DNA from: Auanema rhodensis | Taxonomy: Eukaryota; Animalia; Nematoda | Direction: 5' to 3' | Assembly: GCA_964057225.1 (NCBI GenBank) | Contig: OZ059895.1 | Location: forward strand, 21,390,001-21,454,000 | DNA: 64,000 nt | Part shown: in pieces, positions 12,286 through 25,800 of the stretch | Numbering within the stretch: position 1 is the first letter of the stretch | Layout of the letters: each line of letters starts with the position of its first letter | Translations under genes and position numbers: made by a program | The notes under the pieces: model-generated | The model's database searches: none | Told to the model about the DNA's origin: nothing | Seen by the model: only the letters and a program-made list of their open reading frames with translations

Positions 12286-13689
12286 AACGATCATAACTAA
12301 TTTTTGTATTGAGCGTTTCTCAATGTAGTATAGTGCATTCGATGCGGATTTTTAAGCTGCGTCGATCTGTGTTATCAGATTTGCGCTAGCTTAAAAATGC
12401 ACCGAGATATCAACTGATATAAGTTCACACTTATATCCTCAATTTTCACCCTGAAGAATTAATTTTTTCGTTGAATAACATTGTCCATCGTCTTTGCCTT
12501 GAAAAAAGGAATCTAAAAACATCTACTTTTTGCTAAATTATTTTTAAATTTTTCGAAAAAATTTTTGTCAAAATGTTTTTGGAAGCAATGTTGAGTGTAC
12601 ATGGAAACTCAACATACACTAATGCATCATTTTTCAAACGATCATAACTAATTTTTGTATTAAGCGTTTCTCAATGTAGTATAGTGCATTCGATGCGGAT
12701 TTTTAAGCTGCGTCGATCTGTGTTATCAGATTTGCGCTAGCTTAAAAATGCACCGAGATATCAACTGATATAAGTTCACACTTATATCCTCAATTTTCAC
12801 CCTGAAGAATTAATTTTTTCGTTGAATAACATTGTCCATCGTCTTTGCCTTGAAAAAAGGAATCTAAAAACATCTACTTTTTGCTAAATTATTTTGAAAT
12901 TTTTCGAAAAAATTTTTGTCAAAATGTTTTTGGAAGCAATGTTGAGTGTACATGGAAACTCAACATACACTAATGCATCATTTTTCAAACGATCATAACT
13001 AATTTTTGTATTAAGCGTTTCTCAATGTAGTATAGTGCATTCGATGCGGATTTTTAAGCTGCGTCGATCTGTGTTATCAGATTTGCGCTAGCTTAAAAAT
13101 GCACCGAGATATCAACTGATATAAGTTCACACATATATCCTCGATTTTCACCCTGAAGAATTAATTTTTTCATTGAATAACATTGTCCATCGTCTTTGCC
13201 ATGAAAAAAGGAATCTAAAAACATCTACTTTTTGCTAAATTATTTTGAAATTTTTCGAAAAAATTTTTGTCAAAATGTTTTTGGAAGCAATGTTGAGTGT
13301 ACATGGAAACTCAACATACACTAATGCATCATTTTTCAAACGATCATAACTAATTTTTGTATTGAGCGTTTCTCAATGTAGTGTAGTGCATTCGATGCGG
13401 ATTTTTAAGCTGCGTCGATCTGTGTTATCAGATTTGCGCTAGCTTAAAAATGCACCGAGATATCAACTGATATAAGTTCACACTTATATCCTCGATTTTC
13501 ACCCTGAAGAATTAATTTTTTCGTTGAATAACATTGTCCATCGTCTTTGCCTTAAAAAAAGGAATCTAAAAACATCTACTTTTTGCTAAATTATTTTGAA
13601 ATTTTTCGAAAAAATTTTTGTCAAAATGTTTTTGGAAGCAATGTTGAGTGTACATGGAAACTCAACATACACTAATGCATCATTTTTCA

Positions 13690-16600
13690 AACGATCATAG
13701 CTAATTTTTGTATTAAGCGTTTCTCAATGTAGTATAGTGCATTCGATGCGGATTTTTAAGCTGCGTCGATCTGTGTTATCAGATTTGCGCTAGCTTAAAA
13801 ATGCACCGAGATATCAACTGATATAAGTTCACACTTATATCCTCGATTTTCACCCTGAAGAATTAATTTTTTCGTTGAATAACATTGTCCATCGTCTTTG
13901 CCTTGAAAAAAGGAATCTAAAAACATTAACTTTTTGCTAAATTATTTTGAAATTTTTCGAAAAAATTTTTGTCAAAATGTTTTTGGAAACAATGTTGAGT
14001 GTACATGGAAACTCAACATACACTAATGCATCATTTTTCAAACGATCATAACTAATTTTTGTATTAAGCGTTTCTCAATGTAGTATAGTGCATTCGATGC
14101 GGATTTTTAAGCTGCGTCGATCTGTGTTATCAGATTTGCGCTAGCTTAAAAATGCACCGAGATATCAACTGATATAAGTTCACACTTATATCCTCGATTT
14201 TCACCCTGAAGAATTAATTTTTTCGTTGACTAACAATGTCCATCGTATTTGCCTTGAAAAACGGAATCTAAAAACATCTACTTTTTGCTAAATTATTTTG
14301 AAATTTTTCGAAAAAATTTTTGTCAAAATGTTTTTGGAAGCAATGTTGAGTGTACATGGAAACTCAACATACACTAATGCATCATTTTTCAAACGATCAT
14401 AACTAATTTTTGTATTAAGCGTTTCTCAATGTAGTATAGTGCATTCGATGCGGATTTTTAAGCTGCGTCGATCTGTGTTATCAGATTTGCGCTAGCTTAA
14501 AAATGCACCGAGATATCAACTGATATAAGTTCACACTTATATCCTCAATTTTCACCCTGAAGAATTAATTTTTTCGTTGAATAACATTGTCCATCGTCTT
14601 TGCCTTGAAAACAGGAATCTAAAAACATCTCCTTTTTGCTAAATTATTTTGAAATTTTTCGAAAAAATTTTTGTCAAAATGTTTTTGGAAGCAATGTTGA
14701 GTGTACATGGAAACTCAACATACACTAATGCATCATTTTTCAAACGATCATAACTAATTTTTGTATTGAGCGATTCTCAATGTAGTATAGTGCATTCGAT
14801 GCGGATTTTTAAGCTGCGTCGATCTGTGTTATCAGATTTGCGCTAGCTTAAAAATGCACCGAGATATCAACTGATATAAGTTCACACTTATATCCTCGAT
14901 TTTCACCCTGAAGAATTAATTTTTTCGTTGAATAACATTGTCCATCGTCTTTGCCTTGAAAAAAGGAATCTAAAAACATCTACTTTTTGCTAAATTATTT
15001 TTAATTTTTCGAAAAAATTTTTGTCAAAATGTTTTTGGAAACAATGTTGAGTGTACATGGAAACTCAACATACACTAATGCATCATTTTTCAAACGATCA
15101 TAGCTAATTTTTGTATTAAGCGTTTCTCAATGTAGTATAGTGCATTCGATGCGGATTTTTAAGCTGCGTCGATCTGTGTTATCAGATTTGCGCTAGCTTA
15201 AAAATGCACCGAGATATCAACTGATATAAGTTCACACTTATATCCTCGATTTTCACCCTGAAGAATTAATTTTTTCGTTGAATAACATTGTCCATCGTCT
15301 TTGCCTTGAAAAAAGGAATCTAAAAATATCTACTTTTTGCTAAATTATTTTGAAATTTTTCGAAAAAATTTTTGTCAAAATGTTTTTGGAAGCAATGTTG
15401 AGTGTACATGGAAACTCAACATACACTAATGCATCATTTTTCAAACGATCATAGCTAATTTTTGTATTAAGCGTTTCTCAATGTAGTATAGTGCATTCGA
15501 TGCGGATTTTTAAGCTGCGTCGATCTGTGTTATCAGATTTGCGCTAGCTTAAAAATGCACCGAGATATCAACTGATATAAGTTCACACTTATATCCTCGA
15601 TTTTCACCCTGAAGAATTAATTTTTTCGTTGAATAACATTGTCCATCGTCTTTGCCTTGAAAAAAGGAATCTAAAAACATTAACTTTTTGCTAAATTATT
15701 TTGAAATTTTTCGAAAAAATTTTTGTCAAAATGTTTTTGGAAACAATGTTGAGTGTACATGGAAACTCAACATACACTAATGCATCATTTTTCAAACGAT
15801 CATAACTAATTTTTGTATTAAGCGTTTCTCAATGTAGTATAGTGCATTCGATGCTGATTTTTAAGCTGCGTCGATCTGTGTTATCAGATTTGCGCTAGCT
15901 TAAAAATGCACCGAGATATCAACTGATATAAGTTCACACTTATATCCTCGATTTTCACCCTGAAGAATTAATTTTTTCGTTGAATAACAATGTCCATCGT
16001 ATTTGCCTTGAAAAACGGAATCTAAAAACATCTACTTTTTGCTAAATTATTTTGAAATTTTTCGAAAAAATTTTTGTCAAAATGTTTTTGGAAGCAATGT
16101 TGAGTGTACATGGAAACTCAACATACACTAATGCATCATTTTTCAAACGATCATAACTAATTTTTGTATTAAGCGTTTCTCAATGTAGTATAGTGCATTC
16201 GATGCGGATTTTTAAGCTGCGTCGATCTGTGTTATCAGATTTGCGCTAGCTTAAAAATGCACCGAGATATCAACTGATATAAGTTCACACTTATATCCTC
16301 AATTTTCACCCTGAAGAATTAATTTTTTCGTTGAATAACATTGTCCATCGTCTTTGCCTTGAAAACAGGAATCTAAAAACATCTCCTTTTTGCTAAATTA
16401 TTTTGAAATTTTTCGAAAAAATTTTTGTCAAAATGTTTTTGGAAGCAATGTTGAGTGTACATGGAAACTCAACATACACTAATGCATCATTTTTCAAACG
16501 ATCATAACTAATTTTTGTATTGAGCGATTCTCAATGTAGTATAGTGCATTCGATGCGGATTTTTAAGCTGCGTCGATCTGTGTTATCAGATTTGCGCTAG

Positions 16601-16847
16601 CTTAAAAATGCACCATGATATCAACTGATATAAGTTCACACTTATATCCTCGATTTTCACCCTGAAGAATTAATTTTTTCGTTGAATAACATTGTCCATC
16701 GTCTTTGCCTTGAAAAAAGGAATCTAAAAACATCTACTTTTTGCTAAATTATTTCGAAATTTTTCGAAAAAATTTTTGTCAAAATGTTTTTGGAAGCAAT
16801 GTTGAGTGTACATGGAAACTCAACATACACTAATGCATCATTTTGCA
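13690..16847. repeat. Duplication with 5-monomer period (M40-43 ~ M45-48)
   Basis: A11G+C238T/T239A+G300A; T196A+C207A+A222C; G156A+A221C+A240C; A26G+T31A, repeated 1754 bp apart. Confidence 0.83.
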
Positions 16848-19800
16848 AACGATCATAACTAATTTCTGTATTGAGCGTTTCTCAATGTAGTATAGTGCAT
16901 TCGATGCGGATTTTTAAGCTGCGTCGATCTGTGTTATCAGATTTGCGCTAGCTTAAAAATGCACCGAGATATCAACTGATATAAGTTCACACTTATATCC
17001 TCGATTTTCACCCTGAAGAATTAATGTTTTCGTTGAATAACATTGTCCATCGTCTTTGCCTTGAAAAAAAAAATCTGAAAACAACTACTTTTTGCTAAAT
17101 TATTTTGAACTTTTTCGAAAAAATTTTTGTCAAAATGTTTTTGGAAGCAATGTTGAGTGTACATGGAAACTCAACATACACTAATGCATCATTTTTCAAA
17201 CGATCATAACTAATTTTTGTATTGAGCGTTTCTCAATATAGTATAGTGCATTCGATGCGGATTTTTAAGCTGCGTCGATCTGTGTTATCAGATTTGCGCT
17301 AGCTTAAAAATGCACCGAGATATCAACTGATAAAAGTTCACACTTATATCCTCGATTTTCACCCTGAAGAATTAATTTTTTCGTTGAATAACATTGTCCA
17401 TCGTCTTTGCCTTGAAAAAAGGAATCTAAAAACATCTACTTTTTGCTAAATTATTTTGAAAGTTTTCGAAAAAATTTTTGTCAAAATGTTTTTGGAAGCA
17501 ATGTTGAGTGTACATGGAAACTCAACATACACTAATGCATCATTTTTCAAACGATCATAACTAATTTTTGTATTAAGCGTTTCTCAATGTAGTATAGTGC
17601 ATTCGATGCGGATTTTTAAGCTGCGTCGATCTGTGTTATCAGATTTGCGCTAGCTTAAAAATGCACCATGATATCAACTGATATAAGTTCACACTTATAT
17701 CCTCGATTTTCACCCTGAAGAATTAATTTTTTCGTTGAATAACATTGTCCATCGTCTTTGCCATGAAAAAAGGAATCTAAAAACATCTACTTTTTGCTAA
17801 ATTATTTTAAAATTTTTCGAAAAAATTTTTGTCAAAATGTTTTTGGAAGCAATGTTGAGTGTACATGGAAACTCAACATACACTAATGCATCATTTTTCA
17901 AACGATCATAACTAATTTTTGTATTGAGCGTTTCTCAATGTAGTATAGTGCATTCGATGCGGATTTTTAAGCTGCGTCGATCTGTGTTATCAGATTTGCG
18001 CTAGCTTAAAAATGCACCGAGATATCAACTGATATAAGTTCACACTTATATCCTCAATTTTCACCCTGAAGAATTAATTTTTTCGTTGAATAACATTGTC
18101 CATCGTCTTTGCCTTGAAAACAGGAATCTAAAAACATCTCCTTTTTGCTAAATTATTTTGAAATTTTTCGAAAAAATTTTTGTCAAAATGTTTTTGGAAG
18201 CAATGTTGAGTGTACATGGAAACTCAACATACACTAATGCATCATTTTTCAAACGATCATAACTAATTTTTGTATTGAGCGATTCTCAATGTAGTATAGT
18301 GCATTCGATGCGGATTTTTAAGCTGCGTCGATCTGTGTTATCAGATTTGCGCTAGCTTAAAAATGCACCGAGATATCAACTGATATAAGTTCACACTTAT
18401 ATCCTCGATTTTCACCCTGAAGAATTAATTTTTTCGTTGAATAACATTGTCCATCGTCTTTGCCTTGAAAAAAGGAATCTAAAAACATCTACTTTTTGCT
18501 AAATTATTTCGAAATTTTTCGAAAAAATTTTTGTCAAAATGTTTTTGGAAGCAATGTTGAGTGTACATGGAAACTCAACATACACTAATGCATCATTTTT
18601 CAAACGATCATAACTAATTTTTGTATTAAGCGTTTCTCAATGTAGTATAGTGCATTCGATGCGGATTTTTAAGCTGCGTCGATCTGTGTTATCAGATTTG
18701 CGCTAGCTTAAAAATGCACCGAGATATCAACTGATATAAGTTCACACTTATATCCTCGATTTTCACCCTGAAGAATTAATTTTTTCGTTGAATAACATTG
18801 TCCATCGTCTTTGCCTTGAAAACAGGAATCTAAAAACATCTCCTTTTTGCTAAATTATTTTGAAATTTTTCGAAAAAATTTTTGTCAAAATGTTTTTGGA
18901 AGCAATGTTGAGTGTACATGGAAACTCAACATACACTAATGCATCATTTTTCAAACGATCATAACTAATTTTTGTATTGAGCGATTCTCAATGTAGTATA
19001 GTGCATTCGATGCGGATTTTTAAGCTGCGTCGATCTGTGTTATCAGATTTGCGCTAGCTTAAAAATGCACCGAGATATCAACTGATATAAGTTCACACTT
19101 ATATCCTCGATTTTCACCCTGAAGAATTAATTTTTTCGTTGAATAACATTGTCCATCGTCTTTGCCTTGAAAAAAGGAATCTAAAAACATCTACTTTTTG
19201 CTAAATTATTTCGAAATTTTTCGAAAAAATTTTTGTCAAAATGTTTTTGGAAGCAATGTTGAGTGTACATGGAAACTCAACATACACTAATGCATCATTT
19301 TTCAAACGATCATAACTAATTTTTGTATTAAGCGTTTCTCAATGTAGTATAGTGCATTCGATGCGGATTTTTAAGCTGCGTCGATCTGTGTTATCAGATT
19401 TGCGCTAGCTTAAAAATGCACCGAGATATCAACTGATATAAGTTCACACTTATATCCTCGATTTTCACCCTGAAGAATTAATTTTTTCGTTGAATAACAT
19501 TGTCCATCGTCTTTGCCTTGAAAAAAGGAATCTAAAAACATCTCCTTTTTGCTAAATTATTTTGAAATTTTTCGAAAAAATTTTTGTCAAAATGTTTTTG
19601 GAAGCAATGTTGAGTGTACATGGAAACTCAACATACACTAATGCATCATTTTTCAAACGATCATAACTAATTTTTGTATTGAGCGTTTCTCAATGTAGTA
19701 TAGTGCATTCGATGCGGATTTTTAAGCTGCGTCGATCTGTGTTATCAGATTTGCGCTAGCTTAAAAATGCACCGAGATATCAACTGATATAAGTTCACAC

Positions 19801-22800
19801 TTATATCCTCGATTTTCACCCTGAAGAATTAATTTTTTCGTTGAATAACATTGTCCATCGTCTTTGCCATGAAAAAAGGAATCTAAAAACATCTACTTTT
19901 TGCTAAATTATTTTAAAATTTTTCGAAAAAATTTTTGTCAAAATGTTTTTGGAAGCAATGTTGAGTGTACATGGAAACTCAACATACACTAATGCATCAT
20001 TTTTCAAACGATCATAACTAATTTTTGTATTGAGCGTTTCTCAATGTAGTATAGTGCATTCGATGCGGATTTTTAAGCTGCGTCGATCTGTGTTATCAGA
20101 TTTGCGCTAGCTTAAAAATGCACCGAGATATCAACTGATATAAGTTCACACTTATATCCTCGATTTTCACCCTGAAGAATTAATTTTTTCGTTGAATAAC
20201 ATTGTCCATCGTCTTTGCCTTGAAAAAAGGAATCTAAAAACATCTACTTTTTGCTAAATTATTTTGAAATTTTTCGAAAAAATTTTTGTCAAAATGTTTT
20301 TGGAAGCAATGTTGAGTGTACATGGAAACTCAACATACACTAATGCATCATTTTTCAAACGATCATAACTAATTTTTGTATTAAGCGTTTCTCAATGTAG
20401 TATAGTGCATTCGATGCGGATTTTTAAGCTGCGTCGATCTGTGTTATCAGATTTGCGCTAGCTTAAAAATGCACCATGATATCAACTGATATAAGTTCAC
20501 ACTTATATCCTCGATTTTCACCCTGAAGAATTAATTTTTTCGTTGAATAACATTGTCCATCGTCTTTGCCTTGAAAAAAGGAATCTAAAAACATCTCCTT
20601 TTTGCTAAATTATTTTGAAATTTTTCGAAAAAATTTTTGTCAAAATGTTTTTGGAAGCAATGTTGAGTGTACATGGAAACTCAACATACACTAATGCATC
20701 ATTTTTCAAACGATCATAACTAATTTTTGTATTGAGCGTTTCTCAATGTAGTATAGTGCATTCGATGCGGATTTTTAAGCTGCGTCGATCTGTGTTATCA
20801 GATTTGCGCTAGCTTAAAAATGCACCGAGATATCAACTGATATAAGTTCACACTTATATCCTCGATTTTCACCCTGAAGAATTAATTTTTTTGTTGAATA
20901 ACATTGTCCATCGTCTTTGCCTTGAAAAAAGGAATCTAAAAACATCTACTTTTTGCTAAATTATTTCGAAATTTTTCGAAAAAATTTTTGTCAAAATGTT
21001 TTTGGAAGCAATGTTGAGTGTACATGGAAACTCAACATACACTAATGCATCATTTTTCAAACGATCATAACTAATTTTTGTATTAAGCGTTTCTCAATGT
21101 AGTATAGTGCATTCGATGCGGATTTTTAAGCTGCGTCGATCTGTGTTATCAGATTTGCGCTAGCTTAAAAATGCACCGAGATATCAACTGATAAAAGTTC
21201 ACACTTATATCCTCGATTTTCACCCTGAAGAATTAATTTTTTTGTTGAATAACATTGTCCATCGTCTTTGCCTTGAAAAAAGGAATCTAAAAACATCTAC
21301 TTTTTGCTAAATTATTTCGAAATTTTTCGAAAAAATTTTTGTCAAAATGTTTTTGGAAGCAATGTTGAGTGTACATGGAAACTCAACATACACTAATGCA
21401 TCATTTTTCAAACGATCATAACTAATTTTTGTATTAAGCGTTTCTCAATGTAGTATAGTGCATTCGATGCGGATTTTTAAGCTGCGTCGATCTGTGTTAT
21501 CAGATTTGCGCTAGCTTAAAAATGCACCGAGATATCAACTGATATAAGTTCACACTTATATCCTCGATTTTCACCCTGAAGAATTAATTTTTTCGTTGAA
21601 TAACATTGTCCATCGTCTTTGCCTTGAAAAACGGAATCTAAAAACATCTACTTTTTGCTAAATTATTCTGAAATTTTTCGAAAAAATTTTTGTCAAAATG
21701 TTTTTGGAAGCAATGTTGAGTGTACATGGAAACTCAACATACACTAATGCATCATTTTTCAAACGATCATAACTAATTTTTGTATTGAGCGTTTCTCAAT
21801 GTAGTATAGTGCATTCGATGCGGATTTTTAAGCTGCGTCGATCTGTGTTATCAGATTTGCGCTAGCTTAAAAATGCACCGAGATATCAACTGATATAAGT
21901 TCACACTTATATCCTCGATTTTCACCCTGAAGAATTAATTTTTTTGTTGAATAACATTGTCCATCGTCTTTGCCTTGAAAAAAGGAATCTAAAAACATCT
22001 ACTTTTTGCTAAATTATTTCGAAATTTTTCGAAAAAATTTTTGTCAAAATGTTTTTGGAAGCAATGTTGAGTGTACATGGAAACTCAACATACACTAATG
22101 CATCATTTTTCAAACGAGCATAACTAATTTTTGTATTAAGCGTTTCTCAATGTAGTATAGTGCATTCGATGCGGATTTTTAAGCTGCGTCGATCTGTGTT
22201 ATCAGATTTGCGCTAGCTTAAAAATGCACCGAGATATCAACTGATATAAGTTCACACTTATATCCTCGATTTTCACCCTGAAGAATTAATTTTTTCGTTG
22301 AATAACATTGTCCATCGTCTTTGCCTTGAAAAACGGAATCTAAAAACATCTACTTTTTGCTAAATTATTTTGAAATTTTTCGAAAAAATTTTTGTCAAAA
22401 TGTTTTTGGAAGCAATGTTGAGTGTACATGGAAACTCAACATACACTAATGCATCATTTTTCAAACGATCATAACTAATTTTTGTATTAAGCGTTTCTCA
22501 ATGTAGTATAGTGCATTCGATGCGGATTTTTAAGCTGCGTCGATCTGTGTTATCAGATTTGCGCTAGCTTAAAAATGCACCGAGATATCAACTGATATAA
22601 GTTCACACTTATATCCTCAATTTTCACCCTGAAGAATTAATTTTTTCGTTGAATAACATTGTCCATCGTCTTTGCCTTGAAAAAAGGAATCTAAAAACAT
22701 CTACTTTTTGCTAAATTATTTTGAAATTTTTCGAAAAAATTTTTGTCAAAATGTTTTTGGAAGCAATGTTGAGTGTACATGGAAACTCAACATACACTAA

Positions 22801-22814
22801 TGCATCATTTTTCA

Positions 22815-25800
22815 AACGATCATAACTAATTTTTGTATTAAGCGTTTCTCAATGTAGTATAGTGCATTCGATGCGGATTTTTAAGCTGCGTCGATCTGTG
22901 TTATCAGATTTGCGCTAGCTTAAAAATGCACCGAGATATCAACTGATATAAGTTCACACTTATATCCTCGATTTTCACCCTGAAGAATTAATTTTTTCGT
23001 TGAATAACATTGTCCATCGTCTTTGCCTTGAAAAACGGAATCTAAAAACATCTACTTTTTGCTAAATTATTTTGAAATTTTTCGAAAAAATTTTTGTCAA
23101 AATGTTTTTGGAAGCAATGTTGAGTGTACATGGAAACTCAACATACACTAATGCATCATTTTTCAAACGATCATAACTAATTTTTGTATTAAGCGTTTCT
23201 CAATGTAGTATAGTGCATTCGATGCGGATTTTTAAGCTGCGTCGATCTGTGTTATCAGATTTGCGCTAGCTTAAAAATGCACCGAGATATCAACTGATAT
23301 AAGTTCACACTTATATCCTCAATTTTCACCCTGAAGAATTAATTTTTTCGTTGAATAACATTGTCCATCGTCTTTGCCTTGAAAAAAGGAATCTAAAAAC
23401 ATCTACTTTTTGCTAAATTATTTTGAAATTTTTCGAAAAAATTTTTGTCAAAATGTTTTTGGAAGCAATGTTGAGTGTACATGGAAACTCAACATACACT
23501 AATGCATCATTTTTCAAACGATCATAACTAATTTTTGTATTAAGCGTTTCTCAATGTAGTATAGTGCATTCGATGCGGATTTTTAAGCTGCGTCGATCTG
23601 TGTTATCAGATTTGCGCTAGCTTAAAAATGCACCGAGATATCAACTGATATAAGTTCACACTTATATCCTCAATTTTCACCCTGAAGAATTAATTTTTTC
23701 GTTGAATAACATTGTCCATCGTCTTTGCCTTGAAAAAAGGAATCTAAAAACATCTACTTTTTGCTAAATTATTTTGAAATTTTTCGAAAAAATTTTTGTC
23801 AAAATGTTTTTGGAAGCAATGTTGAGTGTACATGGAAACTCAACATACACTAATGCATCATTTTTCAAACGATCATAACTAATTTTTGTATTAAGCGTTT
23901 CTCAATGTAGTATAGTGCATTCGATGCGGATTTTTAAGCTGCGTCGATCTGTGTTATCAGATTTGCGCTAGCTTAAAAATGCACCGAGATATCAACTGAT
24001 ATAAGTTCACACTTATATCCTCAATTTTCACCCTGAAGAATTAATTTTTTCGTTGAATAACATTGTCCATCGTCTTTGCCTTGAAAAAAGGAATCTAAAA
24101 ACATCTACTTTTTGCTAAATTATTTTGAAATTTTTCGAAAAAATTTTTGTCAAAATGTTTTTGGAAGCAATGTTGAGTGTACATGGAAACTCAACATACA
24201 CTAATGCATCATTTTTCAAACGATCATAACTAATTTTTGTATTAAGCGTTTCTCAATGTAGTATAGTGCATTCGATGCGGATTTTTAAGCTGCGTCGATC
24301 TGTGTTATTAGATTTGCGCTAGCTTAAAAATGCACCGAGATATCAACTGATATAAGTTCACACTTATATCCTCGATTTTCACCCTGAAGAATTAATTTTT
24401 TCGTTGAATAACATTGTCCATCGTCTTTGCCTTGAAAAAAGGAATCTAAAAACATCTACTTTTTGCTAAATTATTTTGAAATTTTTCGAAAAAATTTTTG
24501 TCAAAATGTTTTTGGAAGCAATGTTGAGTGTACATGGAAACTCAACATACACTAATGCATCATTTTTCAAACGATCATAACTAATTTTTGTATTAAGCGT
24601 TTCTCAATGTAGTATAGTGCATTCGATGCGGATTTTTAAGCTGCGTCGATCTGTGTTATCAGATTTGCGCTAGCTTAAAAATGCACCGAGATATCAACTG
24701 ATATAAGTTCACACTTATATCCTCGATTTTCACCCTGAAGAATTAATTTTTTCGTTGAATAACATTGTCCATCGTCTTTGCCTTGAAAAAAGGAATCTAA
24801 AAACATCTCCTTTTTGCTAAATTATTTTGGAATTTTTCGAAAAAAGTTTTGTCAAAATGTTTTTGGAAGCAATGTTGAGTGTACATGGAAACTCAACATA
24901 CACTAATGCATCATTTTTCAAACGATCATAACTAATTTTTGTATTAAGCGTTTCTCAATGTAGTATAGTGCATTCGATGCGGATTTTTAAGCTGCGTCGA
25001 TCTGTGTTATCAGATTTGCGCTAGCTTAAAAATGCACCGAGATATCAACTGATATAAGTTCACACTTATATCCTCGATTTTCACCCTGAAGAATTGATTT
25101 TTTCGTTGAATAACATTGTCCATCGTCTTTGCCTTGAAAAAAGGAATCTAAAAACATCTACTTTTTGCTAAATTATTTTGAAATTTTTCGAAAAAATTTT
25201 TGTCAAAATGTTTTTGGAAGCAATGTTGAGTGTACATGGAAACTCAACATACACTAATGCATCATTTTTCAAACGATCATAACTAATTTTTGTATTAAGC
25301 GTTTCTCAATGTAGTATAGTGCATTCGATGCGGATTTTTAAGCTGCGTCGATCTGTGTTATCAGATTTGCGCTAGCTTAAAAATGCACCGAGATATCAAC
25401 TGATATAAGTTCACACTTATATCCTCGATTTTCACCCTGAAGAATTAATTTTTTCGTTGAATAACATTGTCCATCGTCTTTGCCTTGAAAAACGGAATCT
25501 AAAAACATCTACTTTTTGCTAAATTATTCTGAAATTTTTCGAAAAAATTTTTGTCAAAATGTTTTTGGAAGCAATGTTGAATGTACATGGAAACTCAACA
25601 TACACTAATGCATCATTTTTCAAACGATCATAACTAATTTTTGTATTAAGCGTTTCTCAATGTAGTATAGTGCATTCGATGCGGATTTTTAAGCTGCGTC
25701 GATCTGTGTTATCAGATTTGCGCTAGCTTAAAAATGCACCGAGATATCAACTGATATAAGTTCACACTTATATCCTCGATTTTCACCCTGAAGAATTAAT

